A stretch of DNA of 64,000 nt from Vicugna vicugna (GCA_013265495.1 MU057999.1:992001-1056000), one strand, 5' to 3'; shown: positions 1-13,624, numbered from the stretch's first letter. Notes: a model not told the origin generated them from the letters alone. Numbers and translations: made by a program.

Positions 1-1872
1 GAGAGTCCTTTCCAGCAGGAGTCCCTGAATGAAGAAGGCTATGGGAGAGGCAGCCAAAGAGCAAGAGGCCACAGGCTGGAGGGATCTGGGGGCAGGTGAA
101 CGGGATGGAGAGCAGGCGCCATGGGCCAGGCCCCGAGCGCCCAGCGTCCGGAGGCTCATTCCTGTCCTACCCCAGTAATAGTACCGCTTGTCTCTCCTTT
201 ACTTTTCCCTCTGCCCTTCTCTCGCCCCACTTTGTAATTTTCCTCCCCTTTGAGGAGGTTCTGGTATGGCCTACCAGTGGGGTTATCAAGTCCTCCAGAC
301 CCCAGATCCCCCAACCCCCAGCCCCGTGCGTTCCTTCAGCCTCCCTCCTGGATCCGTGGAGGACCATGGTCCCTGCTGTGCGTTCCTTCTGTGATGCTTG
401 CCAGCCCCCGCCCCCGTCCTGCCTCGTTTCCCTGAGACTGGGCAGTCTGAGTGCGGGCTGGCTCCCTTGTCCGGCTCTCAGAGGTGTTCTGCCCTCCGCC
501 CCCTGGGCTTTGGTTACTCTTTCTTCCTTGGAGGTTTTCTGAGTGTAGTGACCACATTTTCCAATCTCAAAGTCAGATTCCTTGATACTGTGCACTTGTA
601 CATATGCACATGTCTACACATCCAGGTCCGCTGTATATGTTACTGTACATGTGTCGGTAGAGATGCCCCAGATCAGGTCCTTTGCTGCCTTTACTGGAAG
701 CCCTGATGACCTTGGCTGCGGGGCTGAGCCCCCGCCTGCTCGGGCACTGTGCTTCGTCTTTTAGGGTGCTTCACTTTTAGCTCCCTTCTTTTAGGGAGTT
801 CATTTTTCTCTCTCAACTGGAAAATTACATTTGATCAGCTGTAGAGAGCAATCAGATACTGAAACATCGGGATTTTGCCCAGGAGGTGGCCCCTCCAAAG
901 TTGGCATGCGTTCTCTGGGATGAGACGGGACTCATGGGGGACGCATCGGGGCCCCGGGAGCAAGGAGTCAGGCAGCCGGTGGACAGGCACAGATGGGGAG
1001 AGAGAGGAATGAAGCAGCCATAAGGCCCCACCGTGCTGCACGCTGGAGCCCCAAGCTTCTGGGTTTGGGCCGGTGCGTTGTGTCTGCCTCGTTGTCTCCC
1101 TCACTTGTCTGCTCTTAATCTCACTTGATGAATGTGGCGGAAGGTGAATGAAGTGCCCTCATGGCAGCACTGATGTCCACCCCTCCGCGCTGGGGCGTAC
1201 TGTGAGTGGGAATGGGGGGGGTGGCCTGCCTGGTGGGCAGTGGGCTCCACCCTCCCCTCCTCTCCCCCTCCCCCGCTGCCTGTGGCCCCTCCACGCCCTG
1301 GAGAGTGGAAAGGCCCGGCCACAACAGGGGCTTCCGTGCTAGCTTGTCTTCTCCGCTGCTCCGGATCTCCTGGGCACAGCTCTCCTGCTGGCGCGTAAAC
1401 AGGGTCCAAGCAGCGTCTCTGAGCCTCTGCCCACATCCAGCTCCCAGGAGGGTGTGTGTCAGTCTGCAGCCCTGCAGGTCCTCCCACCACCTACTCAGCC
1501 CATCCTTAGGTGTCAGCCCAGGCTCCAGAACTCCTGAGCCGCTGCTGCCACTTGCCTGCGGCCGGCACCTACGGCTCCACCTGTGCCTTCAGCACCGGCC
1601 ACCCTGCAGCGCCTTTGGCTCAGCTTTGGCCTCTCCTACCTATGTCCAGAGAGTTCTTGTTCCTTTAATGGTTGTGGAAAGGGGCCCATGGTTGTAAGGA
1701 TGTGGGAGGGCTCTTCTCTGCGGGCTCCTGAGACCTTCATATCCCAGGATGCTTCTTAAGACTCCAGTAAGGAGGTGTAGTATGAACCTTCTTCTCAACT
1801 TACGTGAGCACAGGGAGCTACTCTCCTTGGAACAGCCAAGGACACGTCCCCGAGTACAGTTTGGGAGAAGCA

Positions 1873-2085
1873 ATTTTTTTTTATAACTGAAGTTTGGTCT
1901 ATTTACAATGTTGTGTTAATTTCTGGTGCACAGCATAGTGATTCTGTTATACATACATATATATATTCCTTCTCATCTTCTTTTTCATTGTAGGCTATTA
2001 CAAGGTATTGAATATAGTTCCCTGTGCTCCACAGTGCGACCTTGTTATCTATCTATTTTATATATAGCAGTGTGTGTCTGCAAAT
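1873..2085 (-). mobile_element. 5'-truncated L1 3' end, artiodactyl/camelid-type
   Basis: Poly-T followed by ...gaagtttggtctatttacaatgttgtgttaatttctggtgcacagcatagtgattc...aatatagttccctgtgct; clearly homologous to the copies at 7586, 30508 and 51124 in this window. Confidence 0.8.
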
Positions 2086-2871
2086 CAAATTAGACTCCTC
2101 GCTCAGGTTCCTGAAATGATCCTATGGATGTTATCAAACAAATCATCTCAGAGAGTATTTTTTATGCACCTAGTGTGTGCAGGGTCTCCGGTTGGTCCTT
2201 TCAGCAGCAGACTCTTCTGTCCAAATTCCATTCTGTGAGAAAACTGGGGCACTTAGGCTCAGCTTCTCTGCAAGTCTCACTTCTGAGATAGGAAACATTT
2301 CTGAGGCAGGAAACTTCTGAGAAGGAGCCCTTTCTGAGTGAACACTGTTGTTTCCTGCTTCACAGCTCTTAAGCTGCCGTTTAGAATTCAGGTGTCACCC
2401 GAGAGTCTCTGAAGCACCACGTTATCTGGATGTTATGACGTGGGTCCCTTTTCCCCAGAGGACTGATCCCCGGCGGCTCACCTCATCATAGGGAGGTCTC
2501 CCAACCTGCCGTTACTTCAGGGGTGAGCTCCCACCTGCCCGAAACAACTCAGAAGGGGAAGCAATAAAGAGAGGAGGGGGATGGAGAAGGGAGGAAAGGA
2601 AGAGAGTAAACAGGGGAGGAGGAGAGGCGGTGCCTTGCACATGTGGGAGTTTGGGAGCAAAAGCCGCCCAGCCTCCCAGGTTCACTGTCAGTGTCAGTTG
2701 GATGTGGAGGGCATGGGGATTTTCCCTGTTTTAGGTGTGACGGATATTTCCTTCCTAAAGGGAGTGGATTGGGGTGGTGATGCTGTAGACATAAAAGAGC
2801 AAATAGCATCCCAAGGCCTCAGATGCCTAGGGCAGCTGAATGGGGCCTTAGAGGCTCCAAGATGTGAGGAC

Positions 2872-2965
2872 ATGGGCTCTGGTTCCAGCTCTGCCACTGC
2901 TAACGTGTGACCTTAGACTAGTTCCTGTGTTTGGGCCTCAGTGTTCTTGTGTGTAAATGGGCCAC
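2872..2965 (+). mobile_element. MIR SINE fragment
   Basis: MIR core-like ccagctctgccactgctaacgtgtgacctt...gggcctcagtgttcttgtgtgtaaatggg. Confidence 0.65.
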
Positions 2966-3056
2966 AGTTCCCAGAGGCAGTGCCTGTGAGGGCTGAGCCC
3001 CGGGCAAGGCCACAGGGAAGGGTGGGAGCAGCAGTGTGCATGCTGCTCTCTCTCTC

Positions 3057-4195
3057 TCAATAATACGATAGTTCATAACCATAAAATCCACCCTTTAAGG
3101 TGGCTTTGAGTGTATTCACAAAGTTATGCAATCATCACCACTGCCTTATTCCACAACATTTTCAACATCCCAAAATAAGTCCATACCATCAGCAGTCACT
3201 CCCTTTTCCTCTCTCCTCCTGGCCCCTGGCAACCACTAATCTACTTTCTGTCTCTATAGATTTGCCTGTCCTGGACATTTCATGTAAACGGAGCCGTACG
3301 ATGCATGATCTTTTGTAACTGGCTCATTTCACTGAGCATGTTTTCAAAGTTCTGCATGTTGTAGCCTGGACCAGCATGAAGAAGCAGGTTCATTCTTTTT
3401 TGGGGACTGAATAATATTCCATTGGATGAAGATCCCACATTTTGTTTATCAGTTGATGGACATTGGGTTGTTTCTATTTTTAGTTGTTATGAATAATAAT
3501 AAGCATTTGTGCACAGCTTTTGCATGGGCGTGTGTTTTCAGTTCTCTTTGGTTTGGAATTGGAAATTCTGGATCATATGTGAACTCTATGTTGAGTTTTT
3601 TAAAGAAATGCAAAACTACTTTGCAAAGTAGCTGCACCATTTTACATTCCTACCAAGAATGTATGAAGATTCCAGTTTCTCCATATCCTCACCAACAATT
3701 CTTACTGTCCATATTCTTGATTATAGCCATCTTAGTGGGTATGAAGTGGTATCTCACTGTAGTTTTAATTTTCATTTCCCTAATGACTAATGTTGTTGAA
3801 TATTTTCTCATGTGCTTATTGAGACTATTGGTACATTTTCAGAGAAATGTCTATTTTTAAATTGGGTGGTTTTTTTTAATCATTGTGTTGTAAGGGTTTT
3901 TATGTATTTTGGATACTAGCCCCTTTTCAGAGCTATGATTTGCAAGTATTTTCTCCCATACTGTGGACTTCCCTTCCACTTTCCCAGTAGTATCCTTTGA
4001 AGCACGTAAGTTTAATTTTGGTGAAATCCAATTGACCTGTTACTTCTTTTTGTTGCTTGTGTGTGTGGTGTCACAGTTAAGAAACTATGACCTAAATCCA
4101 AGATCATAAAGATTCATATGTATGTTTTCTTCTGAGAGTTTTATGGCTTTAGCTCTTAATTGAGGTCTTTCATCCATTTGAGTTAATTCTTGTAG
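3057..4195 (-). mobile_element. Ancient L1M (L1MB-like) 3' region and end of ORF2, decayed
   Basis: Typical antisense L1M text: ggcaaccactaatctactttctgtctctatagatttgcct, accattttacattcctaccaagaatgtatg, gtatgaagtggtatctcactgtagttttaattttcatttccctaatgactaatg. Confidence 0.88.
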
Positions 4196-4624
4196 CCTAC
4201 TCTCGTAAGACAATCAATTCAATTAAAAACAAAACCCAACCTTCTTGTGTTCTTGTGTTGGGCCAAGCCCAGCTTTCTTGTGGGTCACCAGTTTTGCGAG
4301 TTCTGAGCAAGGGATTTCTAAAGGATCTCTGTTCCTTCTCTGTCAGGCTGCCCACCTTTTATGAGTTAATGGAGAAGAATCTAGAACCCAAGAGAAGACA
4401 GTTTAGAGCAGGACCTCCGGCAGCAGTAGACGCCAGTGGGCTTGCCCTGGGCAGGGAAGTGTGCTGGGTTTCTGATGAGAAAAGCCAGATGGACACAGAT
4501 GTGCTGGTGAGCAGGCTGCAGAGCTGGGTAAGGCCTTGCCAGGTTAGACTGGGGCTGACCCGGGTTCTGTGGGCTCCGGCCTGGTGTGATTGCTCCCACG
4601 TAGCCTCCTCCCAGAGTTCAAGCA

Positions 4625-4770
4625 CTGACCTGCTTTCAGGAGCTCTGGGTCCCCTTGCTGGTTCTACTATAACCTGCTCTGTGATCCTAGGCCACTCACT
4701 GAACCACTCTGAACCTCCAGTGTTTACTCTGAAACATGACATTGGTGACCTTGTATTAAAGGTTCTAATG
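4625..4770 (+). mobile_element. MIR fragment
   Basis: tgtgatcctaggccactcactgaaccactctgaacctccagtgtttactctgaaacatg resembles the MIR core. Confidence 0.55.
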
Positions 4771-6744
4771 GCCATTTGAATCCCGCTGACATGGGATGCT
4801 TTCCAAAAAGTTAGAATCGTTTGATCGTGGAGATGGTGAGTAGTGTTTCCTCAAGGGTGTACCATGGGAACATGAGCGACAATGGTTGTGTGTTTGAAGG
4901 ACTGAGAAACGCCAAGTTAAGCACAAATAGGTCTCTTTACTACGGCACGTTCCAGAGCCTTTCTGGGAACGTCGAGCCTGAATCTGTAGGAGGGAGATGT
5001 GCTGTGCAGCATTTCCCAAATTAGTTTAACCATGAAAGAGCTATTGTAAAACGTGAATGCTGCCAGTTTCACATAATGTGAATGAAATACCAGTTGTGGA
5101 GCTGAACTTGTGTCTGATGTGATGCTGTGTGGGTCAGGGGTCACACTGTCCAACCTGGCACATAGTGTTATGCCTCTGAGAGATGCTTTGCACTCTAGGG
5201 TGCCTGAAACAGTCCACCAAGCTCTGGACGACCTGTAAAATTTTCAGATCTTCACTCCCGGGGGGTCTGACATTCAGGGCTGCCTGCGTGCCTTTGTTGG
5301 AATTGGGCAGCCAAGGAACCTCAGAATCCACCTGACCTGTTCTGGACCAGTGGGGCTTTGGCTTTTGATTGTGTCAGAGGTAGAAAGCCAGGTGTCTCTG
5401 GGCTCATCGATCAGCATTACCGGCAGTAGAACTGGCCAGACCATTGGGAAGCTGAGCCCTAGAGTTTGGGAAAGAGTTCCCAGCCCAAGGAGGTGAGGAA
5501 GGGACTGTCAAGGTCACTGCCAGATGGCCTTTCTCTTTTCATCAGCCCAGGTCATTTGCTTATTATTGTGAGGAGTTTGCGATGGAGTGGGTGGCAATAG
5601 TACTGAAGGAAAAACTGTATACAATAAAGTCATTGATTCATTTATTCAAATATCTTTTTGCATTCTATTTAATTCCCTGGTTTTGCAGTTTTAGCCAGAT
5701 GTTTGCATTCTTTTGCACTGCTAAAGTACAAATTGAAAGCTGCAGGTTGGATGGCAGGGTGGGAGGTGGGTCTAAGGCAGGGGAGAGGGAGTTCCTCTGT
5801 CCTACCTGAGACAGGTGGATGCAAAGGGACAGCTGACTGTAAGCTCTGATTCTGCACATCATCAAAAACGATGCACGTGGCCAAGTGCTCGCTGTCCTAC
5901 TGCCTAGGTGTGGTCGGGAGGGTCAGAGGGTGGTCTGTCTGGTCCATGTCTTCTTTCCTCCCACACAGCTGGATGCTTCTGGGGAGTGGGCAAGGCCACC
6001 TCCTTCCATGGGATCCTCCTCAAAGGCCAAGGAGACTTGCTCCCAGCCTGACTTCCTTTAGTGACCTGATCTGGCTCTGCCTTGGCATAAGTTTTGTAAA
6101 CCTTCAATAACAGGCAATCCTTTACTGGAAGAGCCACTAAGGATATCCTGTGGTTCCAAACATCCATTCCCTTTGGTTTTTTTAAGAGAGATGGTGAGGG
6201 TTTTTATTAAAGGAAAGATGAGGGCAGACTGGGCTGGGTTCTGTAGCAGAGATGCTGGGATCCAGAGGTCAGACCAACACAGTCTTTGCTCGTGGGGACA
6301 TCACAGTCTGGCTGAGGCTGACTGTGCCCACAAATTCACGGTACCAGGCTGAGAACAGAAGGATCTTAGAAAGGCAGGTACAGGTCAACAGCAGTTCAGA
6401 GAAAGAAAGATAATTTCCATCCAGTTGGAGGGACATGAAGTCTTCATGAGAATAAAGTGACTTTTAAAAGAGTCCTTAAGGAGGGTCGGAGTTGCATACG
6501 CTGTCAGAGGAAGGGTTTATGTGGCTTCTTCTAAGAGTTCATGAAGCGGGGTGACAGGAAGATAAAGAGAGACCTTGCTGGACCTGGACGTGCAGTCTTA
6601 GATGCGGGGCTCTGGGGACTGAAAATGGAAAGCAGTTTGACACCTCTCCTCTTTCTGTTCCAACAACGTTTCATTTGAAGTTCCGGGCATGTCTTCAGAA
6701 AGGGAGTGGGGGCTCCTCTCAGTGCTTTATTTTGGTAACGAGTG

Positions 6745-7585
6745 AAAAAGCTCTTGGCTCTAAATACCATCTATATGCTAATGATTCCAGAATTTACATC
6801 TCCAGCAAGACCTGGGCTCAAGAAGCCATATATTCACCGACTGACTTGACATCTCCCCCTGGATAGCTAAGAGACCTTTCAAACTCAATGCCACCCACGC
6901 GGAACTCTTGATTTTCCCCTTCACATCAATTGCTCCCCACTTTCCAACATCTTAATAAATGGCACCACCCCAGACCCCACTGTTGAGTCAAATGAGTTAG
7001 GCCACTTCTGATTCTGCCCCTGGGCATCTTCCCCAGCTCTGTGTCCAGGCCATCAGCAGCTTCCATATCAGCTCCACCTCGAGAATATGTTCCAGTCTCT
7101 GCTCTGGTCTGTCTCTGCTGCAGAACCCAGCCCCGTCTGCCATCCTCTTTCCCTTAATAAAACCATCACCGTCTCTTTATTAAAAAGCCAAATTCCCTCC
7201 CAGCCCTCAGTAGCCTGACCCTACCCCGCTCTCTGACGTATCTCCTTCCACTCCATCCAGGCTCACTGGGCTGCAGCCACAGCAGCCTTCCTGCCTCCCA
7301 AATGGTCCATGTTCATTCCTGCCTGAGGCCTGTGGCGCTTGCTACTCCTTCTGCCTAGACAGTTATTTCCCTGACCGTTCATGTAGCTGGCTCTGACCTT
7401 CCCAGACTTACAGTCTAAAGCATCCCTCGTGCCCCATCCCTATCACCCTAATTTTCCCTGTTCTGTTGTCGTCAAGGCATTTACCGTTGCATGACCTTGT
7501 CTTAGGCATTTGTTGATTTGCTGTCTGTCTCTCCATCCCGTCTACCCTCGCTAGAATGGAAGCCCTGAGAGCCCCGTGAGAGTAG
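6745..7585 (+). mobile_element. L2 LINE 3' region (continues at about 7748-7810 and 8745-8770)
   Basis: aaataccatctatatgctaatgattccagaatttacatctccagc...acttgacatctccccctggatagctaa...ctagaatggaagccctgagag, the CT-rich L2 3' pattern. Confidence 0.8.
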
Positions 7586-7742
7586 TTTGTTTTTGTTTTT
7601 GTTTTTAAATTGAAGTATAGTCAGTTTATAATGTTGTGTCAATTTATGGTGCACAGCGTAATATTTCCGTTATACATATGCGTACATATATTTGTTTTCA
7701 TATTCTTATTCATTATAGGTTACTACCAGATATAGAATATCG
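7586..7742 (-). mobile_element. 5'-truncated camelid-type L1 3' end inserted in L2
   Basis: (TTTTTG)n tail, then aaattgaagtatagtcagtttataatgttgtgtcaattt...; homologous to 1873-2085 and 30508-31075. Confidence 0.8.
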
Positions 7743-7807
7743 CTTTATTCTCTGTCTGGTTCACTGTCCCGTCCTCTGCACTACCACCCAATAGGAGCTC
7801 AAAAATA

Positions 7808-8737
7808 CATTTTTAACTTATTTATAATGGAAAGGTTTAAACATGCATGAAAGTAGAAAGAATAGGATAACGAACCCACTCCTGGGCCATTGTGTTTTCA
7901 CCTCTCCCCCTGTGTGGAAGTAAACCCAAGACCTCATGTAAGTTCATCTATACATATTTCAGGAAATATCTCTTAAAGATAAGGGTTCTTTAGAAAAAGT
8001 AACCACAGTGCCATTATCATATCTAATGGCATCAAATATCCAGTGAGTTTTCAAAGTTCTCTAACTTTTTCTTTTTTTCACAGATTTGTTGTTGATGTTT
8101 GAATTAGGCTCTAAAGAAGGTCCTTAAATTGCAATTGTTTGTAACGTCTTTTAGTCTCTTTTAATCTGCAGTTCTCCCTCCAACTCTCTTGTTTTATTCT
8201 TGCAAGCTGTTGAAGAAACCAGGCACTTTGTCCTCTAGAGTGTCCCATAATCTAGGTTTGCTAATTGCATTCCAGTGATGCTGTTTCACATGTTCCGCTG
8301 TCCCCTGCATTTTCTGTAAATTGAACTTAAGAGGCTTGATAAGATTCAGGTTTGTTTCTTTGGAAAGAATGCTTCGGTCTCGTCTTCTTCCATCAGGATG
8401 CACATTGTGTCTGCTCGTCCGTGATGTGAGAGGTGTGGGTTATCCTCGCCCAGGCCCAGTATTTCATTAGACTTGACAAAATGGTAACATCCTCTGTTTT
8501 CCCTTCTGCAAATATTAGCTGAAATACTTTCATAAGGAGAAATTTACCATCATTGTGATTTGCTTACCCTGAGGTATAGTTTGTATAGAAAGGGCAGATA
8601 AATGCTTTATTCTTTCTCTTTGTCAGTTTTCCAAATAATGAGTTGGTCCCTACAGCTTCTAAAGTTGACCAATGAGGATTTTCATTTGAAATATCATTAT
8701 GCGCTCATAGATGTAAACATACGTGATGCATTTCCAT
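7808..8737 (-). mobile_element. Ancient L1M (L1MC/L1MD-like) 3' UTR
   Basis: ttttataatggaaaggtttaaacatgcatgaaagtagaaagaataggataacgaaccc...gttgaagaaaccaggcactttgtcctctagagtgtcccataatctagg. Confidence 0.75.
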
Positions 8738-10349
8738 CAACAGGTATTTGTTGAATGAATGAATGATTGAGGAGATGCAAGTTTAGGGCTTTCTGTCGGC
8801 TTTCCATTCTTCTTTCCAGACTTTATAGTCCCGGAGTTTATAGGCAAAACCGTTCAATGATTTTCCTTTAGGGTTAATTCTGTTCCTTAACTATTTACAT
8901 CGTCTTCCAAGGTTTCATTGACTAAGTACTGCACAGTCCCTGCTTTTAGAAATACGGTTCTCAATCTGCTGCTGAGCAGAATGCTTTCCGTTAGATCTTG
9001 AATCACTTCATGATCAAAACCTACCGATGTGTTTCCCGCCTGGGAACGTGCTGGTCACTGGCCCAGAGGCAGTGGCACTGATCAGATCTGGTCCAGGCTC
9101 CTAGGCTGTGGGGTTGGGCCCAGTCATCTCCCCTCTGGGTCTCAGTTTCTGCATCTGAACGTGTAGGGATGGCACCAAGTTATGGCCAAGGCTCTTTCCA
9201 GTCCTTACATTTTGGGGAGCTGTCCCTCCTCCTCAGTGCACGTGACCTTTCGGTAAAGGCCATGTGAACAGCATCAGAGAGGGCGAGCGAGGCCATGCTG
9301 GAGGGGCATGGGGAGCAAGGATGGGACCCACAGGCTGGCAGGGAGTGCCCACGATGCGTAATTCAGCCAGTGGCTTGAAAGGAGCCACAGATGGAATACA
9401 TATGCTGTTCTGTGTGCTGTTTTATTTGAAAACTTTCTGGAGTGTGATGGGAGCAGCAGCGGTGCCTCCCAGGTTAAGAAAGATTTCTGGGAATGTTTGG
9501 TGATCTCTGGATGTAGAAAGCTGTTTTCAAAGTATGATGCCTGGATCACTGTGACCGGATGCCCGAGCCATCTCTCCAGGGACCCCGCACTTCCTGTCAG
9601 GGCTGCTCCACACCCTCAGCCCATCTCTCCCATCTCTGCAGCCCTCCCGGAGCCAGAGGCAGCCTTGCCAGCCACCCTGGCAGCTCTGCCCATCTGGGAA
9701 TTCAGACATTTGGCATGCCAGAGGGTCTGCTGGCATTTTCCTTTTGTCTGCTGCAGAGTTCGATTGTGTGAGCATCCCTAGCCTGCATTTTGCAAGCTTT
9801 CTGATCAGCAGGCCTGCTGCTGGGTCCTCACCCTCCAACCACAGTGCCCACATTTCTCCATCTCCATCGGCAGCGTGCCCCAGAGAGAAGGTCAGTTTCT
9901 CTGATGCTCACATGTGCCCGATGAGGTGTCTACAGATGATGAGCTGTCTCTTTCTCCTGCTTCCCAACACAAGCTGCCAATAGCTGGGGGCTGGTGGTGC
10001 TTTTTATTAGACAAGGACAAGGGTTTGGCTAATAAGGAGGTGTGGTGGCTTCCTACTCTCTGTGGTAGGAAGGCTGCTATCCTGCCTCCATCCTCATCGT
10101 CCTCACAGTTCTCCTCCTTCATTGCCTCCAGCTTGAGTGTAAATAGTGGGCAGACCTTAAGAAGGGAGAGGTGTGCTCTGCACCCTGCGAAGGGCTGGCA
10201 TAATGAGGAGCCCCTGGGCCTTGTAGGCAGTGTTACTGTCCTCACATTTGAAGCATCTGAAGATGAATGGATGGCAAGAGTCACATTGGTGGTTGGAAAA
10301 CATCCCAAGAAGTGAGCTCCTGGTGTCTATTTAGAAAGACGGCACAGTG

Positions 10350-11555
10350 GTGGGACAGTTGGATATTCATATACAAGAGAAACAAACTTAGACCCTGACC
10401 TCACACCATACACAAATACCTACTCAAAATGGATCATTAACCTAAATGGAAAAACCAAACCTATAAAACCTTTAGGAAAATGTTTTTTGATCTTCCAGCA
10501 AAGCCTTCTTTGCTATGACTTCAAAAGCACAATCCAAAAGAGAGAAAATTGGTAAGTTGGATTTCATCACAATTAAAACTTTTACTCATCAGAAGAGACC
10601 ATTAAGAAAATTAGAAGACATGGCACAGATTGGGAGAAAAATATTTGTACAACATACATCTGATAAGGGGCTTGTATTCAGAATATATAGAACTTTTAAA
10701 ACTCAATGATAGGAAGTCAAACAATTTAACTAAAACATGAGCAAAAGATTTGAATAGGCATTTCAGCAAAGAAGATATAAAATGACTCATTTGTACATGA
10801 AAACATACTCACCATCATCAGTCAGCAAGAAAATGCAAATCAAAACCACAATGAGATACCACTTCAGGCCCACTAGCATGACTATAATTCTAAATTTTAA
10901 ATTTAAAGAATGGGCTCCTTGTACGTTACTGATGGGAATGTAAATTGCACAGCTGTTTTGGAAAACAATTTGGCCATTTCTTAAGTGAAACATAAATTTG
11001 CCATATGACCCAGTAATTCTATTCCTAGGTTTCTACCCAAGAGAATGGAGACATATGTCCACACAATGACTCGGATATACATGTTCACAGCAGCATTATT
11101 TGTAACAGCCAAAATGTGGAAATTATACAAATGTCTATAGACTGGTCAATGGAGAAACAAAATGTGGTATATCCATACAATGGAACGTTATTCATCAATA
11201 GAAAGGAATGAAACATTCATATATGCTACAATATGGATGAACTTCAAAAACATTATGCTAAGTGAAAGAAGCCAGATGCAAAGAAAATATAAAACAAGTC
11301 TATGTAGTATCCAGAAAAAGGACTCTGTAGACCGGAAGTAGACTAGTGGTTGCTCAGGGTTGGGGTGGGAGCAGTTATTGACTGTAAATGGGCATGAGGG
11401 AGCTTTTGAGGGGGTTGATGGAAGTGTTCTGAAGTTGGATTGGGGTGATTGTTGCACAGCTCTATAAACTCACTAAAAATTGTTGAACTGTACACTAACA
11501 TGAGTTTTATGGTGTGTTAATCATACCTCCTAAAAGCTGTTTAAGAAGCAAAAAG
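10350..11555 (+). mobile_element. Ancient L1M (L1MB/L1MC-like) end of ORF2 and 3' UTR, sense to EPHB1
   Basis: acctcacaccatacacaaat..actcaaaatggatc, aaatgcaaatcaaaaccacaatgagataccacttca, ccatatgacccagtaattctattcctagg, aaaatgtggtatatccatacaatggaa. Confidence 0.9.
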
Positions 11556-12354
11556 GAAGAAGGGAGAGAGGTAGATTCCAAGTGTGCTTTGCCAAAGGGA
11601 CCACCTCACAGAGGGAGAGAAAGGGAGAGTGGCTGATGGACCTCATAAAACAAGTCTCAGCCTCCAGAGAGGGTGCAGGTTCCACCTGGTCCTACTGCTG
11701 AGTTGAGTCCTGAGGACCTCCTACTGCCTACTGCCCCCTGCAGGAGAGGCAGCCCTCGGCTGCTTATTCTCTCTTCCTCTCTCAAGATAGTATGTGTGTC
11801 TTCCTGCTCTCCTAGCCACTGCCCCTGGCTTGCCATCTCAGCCCTGCCCCTCCCAGCTCTGCTGTCAGCTGTCCCTCCTGCCCTCTCCATGGTCCTGGCA
11901 GGAATTTCCTCTGATGGCCATGCCTGCCTTTCAGTGTACTGTGAAGTGGCTGGGCGTAGACTTGCTGGGCACTGGTTGCAATCCCAGGGAAGGGTAAGAC
12001 ATAGTAGGAGATGCTGACTGGATTGACAGGGAGCTGAAGGGACGCTGTATTGGGTGTGGGAAAACATAAAGACCGTCGGATGTACACCACTTTAACACAC
12101 ACACAGGGGTGTGGATGGGGGCTGGACAGCCCAGCGAGTGTGAATCTTGGGGTTATAACTAGAGGTTGGATGCTGTGGAGCAGCTAAGGTCTTTGTGGGT
12201 TGACTTCGCTGAATTTCAGTTGAGACACCCTGGAAGGTCTGCCTTCCCATTGGTGTAGTCATTAACCTCTGAGTATGACTCATCCCCTCAGAACTTTGAG
12301 CGCAATTTGGCAGCCCTTACCATGAGGTAGACTCTATCAAATGGATGTAATCAG

Positions 12355-12525
12355 CACCAATTCATTTAATCCTCACAAAACTCTTTGAAGTAGGTGCTAT
12401 TGTTAATCACTCCATTTTGCAGATGGTGGAACTGAGGTCCCTAGGGTAAGGCAGATAGGCTGAGGCTTGGATAGCAACCAGCAGCACAGCCTGGACTGGA
12501 GCCCGAACACTGGGCCTCTAGGTCC
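12355..12525 (-). mobile_element. MIR fragment
   Basis: tcatttaatcctcacaaaactctttgaagtaggtgctattg...ccattttgcagatggtggaactgagg. Confidence 0.75.
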
Positions 12526-13624
12526 TGCATTTCCCCAGGTCCTGCCGAGAATGAGTCTGCTGGGGTAAGAAGCCAGACTCTTAAAGGCCCAGGATGAGAA
12601 AGCTGGGGGCCTTTAAAACACTGGGCCCAGTAAGGGGTGGGGGGAGGAAAGGAGCAGAAGAAGAAGCTGACATGCTCTGGGACAGAGGAGAGGCACGGGT
12701 CCTCCCAGGGAGGTGTCCTGGGAGCCCGAGGGGCCTGAGGCTGCTTGTCTCCTGGAGGGAAAGGAGCAGGCTGGGCAAACCACCAGAAGCCCAGCTCTCT
12801 GGCCCCAGGTGGGAGGGAAGACCAGCCACACACAGGACCAGTTCCTACATCTGTGATGTGCAGGTCGGTAGAAGCAGCCTGGGCCAGCAGCTCTTCACCC
12901 GCTGGCCTGGACATTGCAAAGCCAGCACCTTCTTGAGCCACAGCTGTGTCTTCCCAAAGAGCAGCCAAGTCTGTAAGGCCAGTGTGCTGGTGGACAAATG
13001 GACAGAGAAGGAACCACCTGTGTAAGAGGGAGGCAGAGGGAGTTTGGGAGCTGGGATGTGCTGTGCCCAGAGAAACCTGGTCTTGCATCTTTCTTAAGGA
13101 GAAGGTGGGCTCACAGCAGCCAGGGGCTAAGCCTCAAGGAATCCAGTGACAGAAGAGTTTTCAAATTCAAGAGAATATTTACCTTCTCCTAGTGTGCCTT
13201 CAGATTCAGCCTGGACTTTCTGAGCACTTACTATGTGCTTGGCTTCTAGGACAGAGTCCATCTCATAGATCTGGGTGGGCTCATTCTCTTCCCTGGGTTC
13301 CTTTTCCTGTTCTCTGATTTCTACACCCACAGTATCCTCCAGAGAAGATCCTTGGAGTAACAGTGCTTGTGAGCAGGTGCCACAGGTCTCCGTATCCAGC
13401 ATCTAACACCATAATGCTGAGCCCAAAACAGTGCCTGGGTTGGGAAGTGGGAAGTAGTAGACATAAGTTTAAAAACCAAGACCAACCACCCACTAAAGAG
13501 TTAACCTCCATAACGTCTTCCCAGAGAATTGACGCCTCTCCTGGGCTGGGGCAGTGATGGCCCAGAAGGCTGCAATGAGTTGTCGTAGAGCCCTGAACCT
13601 GCAGAGTGATGGTAACTTGCTTAT

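Noticed and set aside
3426..3860. 144-aa hydrophobic ORF resembling a membrane protein
   Set aside because: Antisense translation of a decayed L1; such reading frames are a common L1 artefact.
10515..10709. ORF with L1 ORF2-like residues (KIGKLDFITIKTF)
   Set aside because: Small remnant of a dead L1M ORF2 with stops and frameshifts; already covered as a mobile element.
12441..13088. 215-aa ORF; similar cases at 31461-32105 and 59808-60464
   Set aside because: No recognisable homology; overlapping ORFs in several frames indicate low stop-codon density; partly overlaps repeats.
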